A program made the position numbers and the translations under genes. The notes under the pieces are model-generated. The model had not been told where the DNA came from. It ran no database searches and saw only the letters and a list, made by a program, of their open reading frames with translations. Of a stretch of 64,000 nucleotides of DNA, positions 16,001 through 29,990 are shown piece after piece. Every line of letters starts with the position of its first letter. The stretch's first letter is position 1. Source of the DNA: Octopus vulgaris (Eukaryota); assembly GCA_951406725.2 (NCBI GenBank), contig OX597817.1:42718001-42782000 (forward strand), in the 5' to 3' direction.

Positions 16001-16583
16001 CAATGACGACAATGTACTAAACATACATCTTGTTGCAACTTGCTGTTGAAGTGGTAAAGGTCAAGGCTTTGTTACTTTAGGGTTTGTACAGAATTGAACT
16101 TTTCAATGAGTAAGATTTTTATGACTGCACTGAAAAAAAAAAACGATACATTTTTTTTTGTTATTTTCTACAGAATTATTGCTTATGGACAATGTTAAAA
16201 AAGTTGTTAAACCACAATATCACTCAGGTGAACATTATTGTCAAAACACAATAATTTACGTGACGTATTTGTGTTTATGTGAATGTGGTTATTAAACTTG
16301 AAGGAAGGAAAAATATATTTCAAAGTTGACATTGGAGTTCAATGTAGTTCTGTGGCTTTTCATATGCTTTCAAACCATCCAACCCATGGGGGAACAGACA
16401 ATAAATGATGATGATGAGGAAGACAATGAATCTAAGACAGAGCTGTTATCAAAAAAGGATGCATACCCAAAAACTGGAAATTATATTTATAACATTCCCA
16501 GGTATTGCTTGTTATTTATATTTGGGTTAAGTGTGACTAGGGGTTGTACTTAGATTTATTCAGATGTATGCAATCATCTTTAA

Positions 16584-16805
16584 CCCTTTCATTACCATAT
16601 TTATTTTGAGATGCTCTGTGTTTCTCTCAATTTATTTTAAATATAACAAAGAATTTAGTAAAATAACTTAGTTATCATTAAGCTAGTGTTAGGAACATAA
16701 ACTGTGACTAAGATTTGGTGGAAGATTTTAATGCAGAATTTTTGAAAATAAGACATTTGTACTACAGAGCCAGAGGCGGTTTCAGGCGGGTTAGTATCAA
16801 AAGGG
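16584..16805. mobile_element. piggyBac-like MITE
   Basis: TTAA|CCCTTT...AAAGGG|TTAA: CCC/GGG termini with TTAA duplication. Confidence 0.8.
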
Positions 16806-19625
16806 TTAACAATCCTAAGTTATTGTTTAGACCAAGCCAGATTTTGATCAAGCAGGCTAATGATCAAAAACAATCCAATTGTGACTAACCTGTCTTTTTC
16901 ACTTTTTACACTGTATTTACAACTACATTTATCCAATGTGTCTTCCCAATCCAACACAGACCTCACATAATTGGGGTTTTTTTACTATCCAGCAAACCAC
17001 ACATCTTATTTGTCACCGTGACACAAATTTCTAAACTGTTATCAATATCCATCTTTGCTGTCCATATTATGCTCTTCAGTCAAGCCATATATAGATTCTA
17101 CTCACCCCTCTACAATCACCTCTCTCACCAGCACATCAGCAACAAAGAGTTCCAATTAGTCAGGCTCAAAGTCTCCTGCTGCTCCGTCTAAAATATCTGC
17201 TTCCCCCATCACTCTCTGAACTCTACAACCACATCTCTTCTTGCCTCAAAGACAACTTAATTTACTCCTCTTCAAAGTCATTGTCCTCTACAACATCACT
17301 GCTCACAACTCACCTTTTCCCTCACCCAACCCCAACCACAGTCCTTCCATATTAATGCTGCTGGGACAAAAACCAAATCTTTTGTATTCAGCAACTTTTC
17401 TACATTAATTTGTTTCATCCCCAAGGTGTGTCTCAGACCAACACAGAGACAATCTAAACATACTTAATTTCTTTCTCATCAGCAAACGCAACATCTACAG
17501 GGCCATAACTGTCTCTGCCCTTCTAAGATAACAGGATAAGTATTGTGGGAATAATGGACTGATGGTAGGAATTAATGTAGAGTAATGGAGTAACTGACAC
17601 TGTTGGTTATGACAAGTGTTCCAGCTGATCCAATCGATGGAACAATTTGCTCATGAAATTAATGAATAATCCACAGATATACTCTCTCTTTACTCTTTTA
17701 CTTGTTTCAGTCATTTGACTGTGGCCATGTTGGAGCACCACCTTTAGTCAAGCAAATCGACCCTGGGACTTATTCTTTGTAACCCTAGTACTTATTCTAT
17801 TGGTGTCTTTTGCTGAAGCACTAAGTTACAGGGACATAAACACACCAGCAGTGGTTGTCAAGCGATGTTGGAGGACAAACACAGACACACAAACATACAC
17901 ACACACACACACACATATATATATACATATATACGACGGGCTTCTTTCAGTTTCTGTCTACCAAATCCACTCACAAGGCATTGGTCGACCCAAGGCTATA
18001 GTAGAAGACACTTGCCCAAGATGCCACGCAGTGGGACTGAACCCAGAACCACGTGGTTGGTAAGCAAGCTACTTACCACACAGCCACTCCTGCACCTATG
18101 TGTACAATGAATATAGTTCTCAGGGGATTCAGTATGATACAAAATGTAACGAGTCTGACCCTTTGAATTACCAGTACAACTCATTTTTGCCAGCCAAAAG
18201 GGAAGTTTTAACCCAATATTTTACATGCTATTATTAATAGCTTTTTCTACTTTGTGTTCCATTGTTAAAAAAATAAACAAGTGATCTGGCATTGACAGAA
18301 ACTGGGGTAGCTTAAAATATTTAAGGGAAGCTTTAGGTCTACTTCAAAATGAGGAATACTTTAGTTACATGAGTCGACAGCACAATAATCTGTGATTTCT
18401 TTGGGTGTGTAGATTTTAGGCAATTTGTTTTTGTGGGGGCGTCCAGGGAATTTTTTCCCCACCTCTTCCCATGATTTTTTTCTGATGGGTGATTTTGTAG
18501 AATGTATATCAGAAAATATTTCCAGAAAAAATGTCAAAACTGATCTGGCATACCTCCATATATTATATGCCCCACCGACTTTATCGCTTCATATCAGTTA
18601 AGCAAATGGCCTTCCCTATTGCCGTTCTTTTGGAGCATATAAGTCAAATTTGGATGGGGCAAAATGAGTAAGACATCAATATTTATCCTTAGACATCGGA
18701 AAGATGAGAAATGCAAAAGATTACTACATAAATAAATATCTACATCAAATGAAACAGGGTCGGGGGAAAATGGCACATGATATGAAATTAACGAAACTCG
18801 ACTAAACAGAAAAAAAAACTCAACATAAAATATCATCTATAGCTTCTTCACGATTCGTTGGAGTGTTGTCTTCGTTATATATTTACTCACCATGCAGTTA
18901 AAGAGAATACATTATTGAAATCAGACATTACTCATTTTACCCCATTTTAGAAATCATATCTTTGAAACTTGAAAATTATCAAATTAGACATTAGAGTGGA
19001 AAAAAAAGGACTTGAAATAATATTGATTGTTAAACACCAAAAACTATCTAGATATTTTATTAGCAACCACAATCAAAATCAAAGTGGAGAACAAATTTGA
19101 AAAAAGAGGACCTGCCACCGGAATATGTTTGTTTTGGGGGGTTTTTTTTCAACTTTAACAACAACTACGCTGACCAATTTTTACTCTTTAAGATGATGCA
19201 ACAGTACAAAATAATGTAATACTTGCAAGTAGGTAGAAAATAAGGTCAAACTAAAGGGTCTCTCCCCAACCCCACTTTCGCGAGCACGCATTTTTTTTTT
19301 TTGTCATATTCGTTTAGAGCAAGTTGTTTTACACCTATTACACTATCTTTTTGTTTTTTGTTTTTAAGCCTGGATCCAGGCCCCTTACTTTGACCGAAAA
19401 ATCGAAAGATGTAAAACACTGAGTAGCGAATGGATAGAAGACTAATATATCCGCATAATGACATTCTCTGTAAAATAAGTACACTACATGGGGTAATGTG
19501 GGTCTAAGCAAATTATGTAAGAGAAAAGAAGATAAGCAGGTTATCATACGTCTGTACCAACACGTCAGCCGTGAAGCTAAACAACCGATAGTGTCAGTGA
19601 AAGAAAGAAATAAAGTTTACTGTAC

Positions 19626-19747
19626 CTATCTCCTTTACCAACTAAATATGTATTTGTACCCTGAAGTGTCATTTGGCCTGGATTGCATCCAAGAATACGG
19701 GTAACACATGATGAAAGCTTCTCAATTTTAGGGATGAACGTAGTCAT
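19626..19747 (-). CDS. LACTB2: LACTB2-like endoribonuclease (metallo-beta-lactamase), first coding exon
   Basis: ATG at 19747; [40 protein letters not shown] is the LACTB2 N-terminal signature; donor AG|GTACAG; 122 bp, joins exon 2 in frame. Confidence 0.93.
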
Positions 19748-19971
19748 TTTACTGGACCTCTTCGGATCAGTTGTAAACACGGTGCCCTCTCTGAAAGGAT
19801 TACGTTTGACTGAAATGCATCCAGAGTTGTCTCCCATGAGTATAAATATGTATAGATATATACACACATATATATATCGTTTGTTTTGTTGTGTCCGGAG
19901 AGGGTAGGTCTCTTTTAGTGCCTTGTTATTAAACACACTCATCGGTAAAGTTTCCACTCATTTACTTATTT

Positions 19972-20300
19972 GGCATAGGCCTATTTGGCATAGTTTCGGT
20001 TGTAGTAGCACAGATTTCCGTCGATTTCCGTAAAAAACTTTTATTTTTTTACATAAGTAATGAGAGCGAAAGAGACTAAGAGGAAGCGATTTTACGACGA
20101 GAAGGTTTCACTTTGAAGTCGGCCTGTGTGTGTTTGATGGGGTGTGGGAGACAGACAGTATGTTGTGTAAGTGAAGTGCTTCTGTTAGTGTGTGTGAAGA
20201 GACAGACATACATATACACATACACCGAGTAAAAAATTACTATGAATCGGCCATACATACATACATACACACACACACATACATAGATACATACACACAC

Positions 20301-20339
<39 letters not shown>

Positions 20340-20778
20340 TAGATACATACACACACACATACATGCAGACATACATATACACATACACCGAGTAAAAAAT
20401 TACGATGAATCGGCCATACATACATACATACACACACACATACTTACACACACACACATACATAGATACATACACACACACACACATACATGCATACATA
20501 CATATACACATACACCGAGTAAAAAATCAGTTATCTCTCTCTTTCACACATTACTCTCTCTGTCTCTTCGCACACACTAACAGAAGCACTTCACTTACAC
20601 AACATACTGTCTGTCTCCCACACCCCATCAAACACACACAGGCCGACTTCAAAATGAAACCTTCTCGTCGTAAAATCGCTTCCTCTTAGTCTCTTTCGCT
20701 CTCATTACTTATGTAAAAAAATAAAAGTTTTTTACGGAAATCGACGGAAATCTGATCTACGACATACGAAACTTCGCC
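19972..20778. mobile_element. Foldback/MITE with ~220-bp TIRs, GG..CC ends and 8-bp TSD (Merlin-like)
   Basis: 20011-20206 is the near-perfect inverse of 20559-20754; ACTTATTT flanks both ends (19964-19971, 20779-20786); three internal repeats containing CACCGAGTAAAAAAT. Confidence 0.8.
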
Positions 20779-20793
20779 ACTTATTTATTTTCC

Positions 20794-20830
20794 CTAAAAT
20801 TTTCGTTGCGTCTAGCAACCTCTTCAGTAG
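20794..20830 (-). ncRNA. Hammerhead-like motif in a Penelope-type terminal repeat split by the MITE
   Basis: Minus strand CTA CTGAAGA G GTTGC TAGAC GCAAC GAAA ATTT TAG; host repeat (~19885-19971 plus 20779-20873) recurs at ~23665-23835 and ~61710. Confidence 0.55.
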
Positions 20831-21020
20831 TCGTTGACCCTGTCCGTTATCCGAGCTGGGTTCTTTTTGTTTGTGCGCATACACATATATGTATGTGTGT
20901 ATGTGCATGCATATATGTGTGTGCGCGTATGTATGTGTGTGTGTGCACACACACATATATTGATAGAAGTGGTAAAACAACAAAAGAATGAAAGTGACCT
21001 CGATATTATGTAAATAGAAG

Positions 21021-21434
21021 GGATCTTTTCGGTTTGAACGGCAGTTTTTTTTAGTAATTTCCACGTAACTAAACACTTTTAAACTTCATATACTGGTAGA
21101 ATGTGTTTATAAAACATCCTTTTCTCTTGGCTTTATTAAGAAAATTCTATAGTTTGTAAGATATTTGTTGTTGTTTTTCTTCAATTTCTGCAGTTTCAAC
21201 CAATCAATGACGTCTGTTGAGGTGAAAACATTAGGTGCCGTATGAATATGTCACTCTTTTAAGAAACAAATTGGGTTTATTTACATTTCTGAAGAAAAAA
21301 GATACCCTTCCCCCCACCCCTAACCTTAACCCTAAAACCGATTGAAATGCGATAGATCGATACTAGGGTCATAATTATGGATGACAATTTCATGACACCG
21401 CTAGAAAAAACTGCCGTTCAAATCGAGAAGATCC
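21021..21434. mobile_element. MITE with GG..CC ends and 8-bp TSD (Merlin-like)
   Basis: GGATCTTTTCGGTTTGAACGGCAGTTTTTT / AAAAAACTGCCGTTCAAATCGAGAAGATCC; AATAGAAG duplicated at 21013-21020 and 21435-21442. Confidence 0.85.
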
Positions 21435-21946
21435 AATAGAAGAATTTATCTGTAAATATGATATGTGGCCACTATCTCTTCGGTTACGCGGCCATCGAAA
21501 ATATGCTATGAAAATGACTGTTAAACAAAGGGAAATTACTGTGTGATTGACCGTTATTAAGACAAAAGAGCTATTAGAACGACCGCTAAGTGAGGGGAGT
21601 GAGTAACGGTAAGGGAATAAAAATGTTCATAGTATTTGCGTAAGCGCACATGTCCATACCTATACATGCGCGCCCGTACACCCATGTACATGCGCCTATA
21701 AGTATATACTCATCCACCCTCACTTGAAACACACACAAGCTCACCCACACATTCGCCAAAAAATATATACATACCCGCATACACGCTCGCACACACACGC
21801 GCATAAAAAAGGTTCATGCACACGTCTATATACGCACATGCACAAAAAAAACAGGGCTAAAAGCAAAAGAATGTATATATGTATTTTAATACTTTTGTGA
21901 CAACCATTACTTAACACAACAAAGCTTATACAAAGCTTTACATTTT

Positions 21947-21988
21947 ACTTTTGACAACTTTTTTCTGAAAAAGTGAAACCGGTCAAGT
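21947..21988 (+). ncRNA. Variant or degenerate hammerhead motif
   Basis: ACTT TTGACAA CTTTTT TCTG AAAAAG T GAAA CCGG TC AAGT. Confidence 0.45.
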
Positions 21989-22069
21989 TAATAAATATCT
22001 AAAATTGCATTTTCAAACCTTCTTTCATATATATTTCCACTCGTGTGGTTCCTTACAACTTCACTTTGT

Positions 22070-22142
<73 letters not shown>

Positions 22143-22764
22143 GTACATGTATGAGCTTGTGTATGTATAAATATATAACTTAGCAGTTCGGTAAAAGACA
22201 CTGATAGAATCAGTACTAGGCTTACAAAGAATAAATCCTGTGATCAATATGGTCAACCAATGGCAGTGCTCCAGCATAGCCACAGTCACATGACTGAAAC
22301 AAATAAAACAAAAAAAAACTATGCCATTTTAATCCCGAGCAAGGCCGGGTATCTCTGCTAATATATATATATATATGCATGCATGTACATATGTAAGTGA
22401 GGTAATAGTTTTAGTATTAATAGTTTCATTATGTATATATTATATACATAGTGAAACTATTAAAACTGACAGTATTATCTTACATTACAATAGAGATGTT
22501 GTTTCACTTTTGACATGTAATACTGAAATGGTGTAAGAGATAAGAGATTGCTCCAGGCTTGCATTAGGCAAGAAATTGAAGATTTTTTCAGCCCATGACA
22601 CTGCATGGACACTAAGTAAGGTATGTGTAAAATTTGAATGAAATCAGTTGGATTGTTCTCAAATTTTAATGATGCACACATACAGACATACACAGAAACA
22701 CACACACACACACACACACACTCTCAGATCATAGCAGAGAAAATTATATTTTGTGGTGTAATGT

Positions 22765-23300
22765 ATGGAAATTATTCTATAGAAGAAAAGCAAGCACTTG
22801 CTATCGTGGTAAACAATTGCAAAGAGGAGTATGATTCTGAATTAGAGCGAATGAAAGGAAAAACTGATTGGGATGCTAACAGGAAACGCCATGTCCCAGA
22901 CGCACTAAAACAGGGATATCTTGCGAAGCAGTTTGTTTTTTTTACTCGAATTTGGCCAGTGTCAAAATCTCTGATCAACTATTTGATTCTGTTGTCCAAG
23001 TAGCCAAACACTGCTATGAAAAATATCTGAAAGACAAACTTGACAGTGCTGAAAAAAAACCCAAGAAACATTTCAGAGTTGCTGGAGGAGGTCGTAAAAC
23101 AAAAGCACCAGGCATGAGAGACACCTTATTTAAATGGTTTGTGGATGTTAGAACATCACTGCATGTGAGATTATCACAAGCTCTTTTCTTAATGCAGGTT
23201 GAGGAATTTTATGAGGAGTGGCTTTGCCAACACCCAGACACATCATCTGAGAAAAAGCTTTATTTTTCAAAAACTTGATGAAAGGTTAGTAAAAAAGAGT
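22765..23300 (+). pseudogene. pogo/Tigger-like transposase N-terminal fragment
   Basis: FRVAGGGRKTKAPGMRDTLFKWFVDVRTSL resembles a CENP-B-type HTH; frameshifted. Confidence 0.6.
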
Positions 23301-24199
23301 ATGGTCAATGCCAGTGCCAGCTGACTGGTCCCGTGCTGGTGGCACATAAAAAGCACCATTTAAGCATGGTTGTTGCCAGTGCTGCCTGACTGGCTTCTGT
23401 GCCGGTGGCATGTAAAAAGCACTATTCAAGTGTAGTCGACACCAGTACTGCCTGACTGGCCCTCATGCCAGTGGCACATAAAAAACACCCACTACTCTCT
23501 CAGAGTGGTTGGCATTAGGAAAGGCATCAAGCTGTAGAAAGTTTGCCACATCAGATTGGAGCCTGGTACAGCCTTCTGGCTTGCCAGCCCTCAGTCAAAC
23601 CGTCCAACCCATGCCAGCATGGAAAGCTGACGTTAAACGACGATGATGATGATGGTGATGATTGTTGCATCTGAGGAGAGTCGTTCTGTTTTAATGCCTT
23701 ATTAATTAACATTCACCGGAGCAATTTCTATTCATTTACTTATTTATGTATTTTTTATATTTTTTGTTGCTTCTTGCAACCTCTTCTGTAGTTGTTGACT
23801 ATCCGTTATCGGAGCTGCGTTCTTTTTGTTTGTTTGTGTGAATGGATGTGCATCACCGTGCATGTGTATACACATATGTATGTATATATGTATGTATGTA
23901 TGTATGTATGCATGTGCGTGAATGCATATATATATGTGTGTGTATGTATATATATATGTATGTATGTGTGTGCTTACATTTGTATGTATTCTGCATATTC
24001 CTGTTTGTGTGTGTGCGTGTGTGTATTTGTGTGCGTACTTATGTCTCCTCGTGTGTGCGTGTTTGAGTGTCTATATGTATGGGTTTGCGTGACTGTACAT
24101 GCATCTGTAATGTATGGATGTGTATCTCCATATGTGTCCTTGTTGTGTGTGTGTATATGGTCATATGTTTCCATCTCCTTTTGTGTGTGTGTGTGTGCA

Positions 24200-24232
<33 letters not shown>

Positions 24233-24838
24233 ATGTGTGTGTGTGTGTGTGTGTGCTTGTCTGCCAGTATTACCTATGTACCTATCTATCTACTTACCTA
24301 TCAGTTTACCTACATATCTACTTACGTATCTCTTTACCTACATATCACTTTACCTACCTATGTTCGCCTACATAACAGCCATCTAGCAAATCTACTTGTG
24401 TATGTTTTCAATGGTGGCTATTGTGATATTTCTTTTTATATGTCTGTTTCCTTTTACACAATATTAAAACAACCATAAAAATTTTCTGAGGGAGCTCCCC
24501 CACTGGTGGTAACTATATGTAGAGAAGGGAAAAGTTGACCATGAGAAAAGCAAAAAATGAAAGAGATAAATGAATAGCAACACCATTTCTGTTGCTATCA
24601 CAGATTTTGAAATTTTAAGATTACTCTTTTACTTGTTTCAGTCATTTGACTGTGGCCATGCTGGAGCACCACCTTTAGTCAATCACATCGACCCCAGGAC
24701 TTATTCTTTGTAAGCCTAGTACTTATTCTATCGGTTTCTTTTGCCAAACCGCTAAGTTACGGGGACCTAAACACACCAGCATCAGTTGTCAAGCAATGTT
24801 GGGGGTACAAACACAGACACACAAACATATACACACAC

Positions 24839-24951
<113 letters not shown>

Positions 24952-26277
24952 TACATATGACAGGCTTCTTTCAGTTTCCGAAGCTATAGTAGAAGACACT
25001 TGCCCAAGGTGCCATGCAGTGGGACTGAACCCAGAACCATATAGTTTGTAAGCAAGCTACTTACCACACAGCCACTCCTACGCCTGAGTAAAAATTTTCA
25101 AATTTGGTATATTGATGTACTTTTCAATGCTGAATCTGAGTTTGTCAAACATTTATTCCAGAAAAATTGTAGCAAAATGTTACAAAAGTTTAAATTTGAT
25201 CATTTCTACTCAATCAGAAAACAGGATTTGTACATGATAGCAAGTGATAAAATGAAAGTAAACGTTAGAAGATGATGTTTTAAACAAAATGAAAGCAATG
25301 TATGAGAAATAATACTTATTGGAAATTGTAGTTGTGATACCTGTGCTGGTGGCACGTAAAAAGCACCATCCAAATGTGACTGATGCCAGCACCACCTTGA
25401 CTGGCTTCCGTGCCGGTGGCACATAAAAAGCACCAACCGATCATGGCTATTGCCAGCCTCCCCTGGCACGTAAAAAGCATCCATTACACTCACGGAGTGG
25501 TTGGCGCTAGGAAGGGCATCCAGCTGTAGAAACACTGCCAGATCAGACTGGAGCGTGGTGCAGCCTCCTGGCTTTCCAGACCCCGGTCGAACCATCCGAC
25601 CTCTGCTAGCATGGAAAATGGACGTTAAACGATGATGATGATGATGATACAGAGAGAAAGTGACAAGGAGTGAGGTAACTAGTAGACATAGGTTGGTGGT
25701 GACAGAAAGACAACAGATTTGTAGATCCAAATGTTGAGTTATTTCTCATAGCAAATTATATTTGTTTTATTATTATTTATGGAGAACATTCTCTTTGGGG
25801 CATAGATTTTGAAAATGAAATTTGTTTTTCTTGAGGATACATCATTTTAGAGACTTTCGGCACTAAACACACATAATCACATACACTCACATGTGTATAT
25901 GTGTGTATTTGTTTGTATGTGTGTATATGGTTGTCTGTCCATCTCTCTATACACACACACACACACACGCACACACACACACACACATTCAAAGACATAT
26001 ATTCGTCATCATCATCATCATCATTTAATGTCCACTTTCCATGCTGGCATGGGTCGGATGGTTTGACTGAGGTCTGGCGAACCAGATGGATGCACCAGGC
26101 TCCAATCTGATCTGGCAGATTTTCTACAGCTGGATACCCTTCCGTAGAAACTCTGCCAGATCAGATTAGAGGCTGGTGCAGCAATCTGGCTCGCCAGACC
26201 TCAGTCAAACCATCCAACCCATGGAAAGCGGACGTTAAACGATGATGATTATGGTGCTGGATATATGTGTTTGAATG

Positions 26278-26309
<32 letters not shown>

Positions 26310-27444
26310 TGGACAGACAACCATATACACACACACACACACAAATACACACAAATACACACATATACACATATGTGCATACATATACTGGATGTATTCA
26401 TTTGCTTTGAGGGTAAAGAGATAATATGGATGTAGAAGGCTGACTCATGAAACAATTACAGATTGAGTGACAGTAGAAGAATAGGATGGAACAATAGGGT
26501 GTTTATTTGTTATATTTGACCAAAAATAGAAAAATGATACCTGAAAGTAGGTTGATGTAAGAAGTGTAACAGCGGTCAGAGTCTCATGTCTCATTGACAG
26601 AAAATACAGCATAAATATGACAGCATGTTGTGATATCAATGACAGTATGTGTTGTCATTGATATCACAGCAATAAAATAACAAATTTAATAATCATAGGA
26701 TTTTAGAAGTTATGTCCTTGAAGCCCCACATTGCAGCCCCAATGACACTGCACCAAAAATGTCCCCTTCCTATTCATCTGTAACCAGACCTTAGTGATCT
26801 GTACCTGAAGAGCCATGAAACCATCTAAAACCTATGCTGGTAATTCTACCTGATGAATTGAAGGCACATGGCTCAGTGGTTAAAGCATCATGAGGTTGTA
26901 AGTTCAATTCCTAGAGCGGGCTGTGTGTTGTGTTCTTAAGCAAGACACTTCATGTTGCTCTAGTTCACTCGGCTGTAGAAATGAGTTGTGATATTACTGG
27001 TGCTAAGCTGTATCAGCCTTTGCCTTTCCATTGGATAACATCGGTGGCATGGAGAGGAGAGACTAGTATGCTGGTCTTCCATAACGACCTTACCCGAACT
27101 TGTGCCTTGGAGGGGAACTTTCTAGGTGCAATCTCATGGTCATTCATAACCAAAGGAGGTCTTTACCCTTTGCCTTAATACTATTCTCAGTAAATTTGAG
27201 TCCACTAATCACAAAACTACAGGGTGCAAAGGGTAGCTGAAGATACTTAGTTATCAGTATATTACTCTCTTCAAACCAGAAAAATCAATGAGAGCCATCA
27301 CCAAAGAACTTAACCATCAGAGTGGACTATCAGAACTGTGGTGCTGAAGGACACTAAATTCAAGTTGTATGTACCGAAAACAGGAAAACTCAAGTTAATC
27401 AAGTACTTACCCACAAATATAAAAACATTCATGGATATGGCATG

Positions 27445-27630
27445 TTTTGATTCTTCTGTGATGAGAAACACTTCAATCAAGAGCAAAAGTCTTACAGAAG
27501 AATTGACAAATGGTTATGTGCAGATCCTTTTGATGTCACCATAGTGATGCACATTAAGTTTCCAGCAATCACGATGGTTTTAGGAGTGGGGAATAAAACA
27601 GTTTATGTCATGCCACCTCACGTTTTTTTT
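27445..27630 (+). pseudogene. Tc1/mariner (maT-like) catalytic-domain fragment
   Basis: Broken frames give FFCDEK, WLCADP and VMHIKFPA.TMVLGV...VMPPHVF. Confidence 0.6.
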
Positions 27631-28576
27631 TAATTAATTAAAAACCAATTAAATACCAATGGAAGAAATAAGTGCTTTTTTATTTCTTTCAGATCCCCAT
27701 GGCAGAGAAAATGCTAACACAAGAAGTTAAAACACATTCAGTACCACCACCATGATCATCACCATCACCACCACCACCACCACCACCACCATCGTCTTCA
27801 TCATCATAAACAGTCTAAATTTGACGATTTTTTTATGTCTCCTGTTTTCAGGAATAGATTGATACATTGGTGAACGGTCAACGGCGTTGGAGAGCATGAT
27901 GATTAAATTTGTAGTTGAAAAAAAGTAGCTGACATTCAAAGAGAGACTAAACAACTTCCTCCCAATGCCATATTCCTAACTGAAAGAAGCCATTGATCAG
28001 GTGATGTCTGAAATAAGTGAGGACTATTCAGTGCAGGCAGGTTAACAGTTCCAGACAGACATTGAAGCACTCATCAATGCTGAAGACAGGTTCAATCCTC
28101 AAGTACCGGGACCTGTCAGTGAACTATTTTTTGCACTGTGCAGCATTTGAGATGCTTGGAGAGGCTGGACTACTAACAACAAAGTTCTTGTCATCATTAG
28201 TGGCTAGCCTTACTGAGGCGTCAGGTGGTCCCCATTAAGGTGCTTGGCTGTTCCAATGCCTTAGCCTCACATTACCCATGGTAATGCTGTGAGCATCTTG
28301 GCTTGCTTCAGTTGGTTCCATTAACTGATAGAATAAGTACTAAGCTTACAAAGAATAAGCCCTGGGGTCGATTTGCTCGACTAAAGGTGGTGCTCCAGCA
28401 TGGCCACAGTCAAATGACTGAAACAAGTAAAAGAGTATATGTGTGTAAGTGTGTGTAACTTTTTGAAAATCTGTGTAAACTGTGAAACCAGTAAATATAA
28501 TAAAAAAATATTTTAACTATTCTCAGTGCATTTTGAACTTCTTTTTCTCCTATATTTCTACCTGTGTTTTCTACAT

Positions 28577-28940
28577 GCATAGGATTGAAAGAAATGAAGT
28601 TAATATGATCCACTGGATGTGTAATGTCAGTGTGCATATACAGCAGAGTGTAAGTGCCCTGAGAGAAAAGTTGGGCATAAGAAGCATCAGATGTGGTGTG
28701 CAAGAGAGGCGTCTGTGCTGGTGTGGTCATGTGTTGCGTATGAATGAAGACAGATGTGTGAAGACGTGTCACTCCCTAACTGTAGATGGAACCTGTGGAA
28801 GAGATAGACCCAAGAAGACATGGGATGAGGTGGTGAAGCACAACCTTTGAACATTGGGCCTCACAGAGGAAATGATGGGAGACCAGGACCTTTGGAGATA
28901 TGCTGTGATTGAGAAGACCTGGCAACCAAAGTGAGATCAC
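28577..28940 (+). mobile_element. RTE-clade LINE 3' fragment
   Basis: ERNE..MIHWMCNV...LREKLG...RRLCWCGHVLRM...GRDRPKKTWDEVV; minus-strand relatives at ~37940-38050, 38990-39300 and 44740-44890. Confidence 0.85.
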
Positions 28941-29463
28941 AGCCATGCATGTCTGACCCTGTTAAGAATACCCCTGATGCATTGGGTGATATGATATGCT
29001 TGAGAAGACCTGTTGAGTAAAATTAATATCATAGCTGTGACCAGTGCCCCCTGACTGGCTCCTGTGCTGGTGGCACGTAAAAAGCACCACCCGAACGGGG
29101 TCGATGTCAGGTCTGCCTGACTGGCTCCTGTGCTGGTGGCACGTAAAAAGTAACAACCAATCATGACCGATGCCAGTACCCACTGGCTCTTGTGCCGGTG
29201 GCACATAAAAAGCTCCATCTGAACATGATCACTGCCAGGCCCACCTGATTGACTCCCATGCTGGTGGCATATAAAAAGCACCCAATACTTGCTTGGAGTG
29301 GTTGGCATTAGGAAGGGCATCCAGCTGTAGAAACAATGCCAGATCAGTTTGGAGCCTGGAGCAGCCACTGGCTCTCCAGACCTCAGTCAAACCATCCAAC
29401 CCATGCCAGCATAGAAAACAGATGTTAAACGATGATGATAATGATGATGATGATAACTATACC

Positions 29464-29511
<48 letters not shown>

Positions 29512-29646
29512 TATTTTAATAATACCATCCCTATATTTATTTATAAATGATTTTACGCATTTCGTTTGTTCGTACGGTGCTTGATCACTTCAAACAAACT
29601 TTCGCAGGCATGATGGGGGAGAATGTTAGTAGTTATTTAGCTGGTG

Positions 29647-29709
29647 GACTTCGGTTGATGAGAAATCACGCGTCTAGGTGGCGCTAAATTTCGAAACCGG
29701 TACCAAGTT
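29647..29709 (+). ncRNA. Minimal hammerhead ribozyme motif (U3 variant)
   Basis: GACTT-C-GG | TTGATGA | GAAAT...ATTTC | GAAA | CCGG | TA | CC-AAGTT. Confidence 0.65.
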
Positions 29710-29990
29710 GACCAGCATCTACTTGTTCTGACCCATTTGAGGTAAGACATTATTATTGTTCACTGATATTTTTTCCTATCTTGTCTGTAATAGATTTGTG
29801 ATTTTTCAGTGGTACAGAAGTATTTTTTGACTTCTATCATGAGCGATATAGGTACTCATTTAGTACCCTTGTGTAGATATGTACATATCTAATATTGTAT
29901 GTATATATTTTATTAATTTGCCTGTACGGCTAATAATTCGCTTACCACTTGTGATGGTATTTTAATAATACCATCCCTATATTTATTTAT

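Noticed and set aside
11920-19747. Bacterial beta-lactamase or horizontal transfer
   Set aside because: Spliceosomal introns and the LACTB2-type N-terminus indicate the ordinary animal gene
23765-23792. Third copy of the GTTGC/GCAAC hammerhead family
   Set aside because: Core is CAGAAGA and GAAA is lost; decayed, useful only as a family member
29671-29686. CTCF-like motif CTAGGTGGCGCTA
   Set aside because: Lies inside loop II of a hammerhead-bearing repeat; no independent evidence of insulator function
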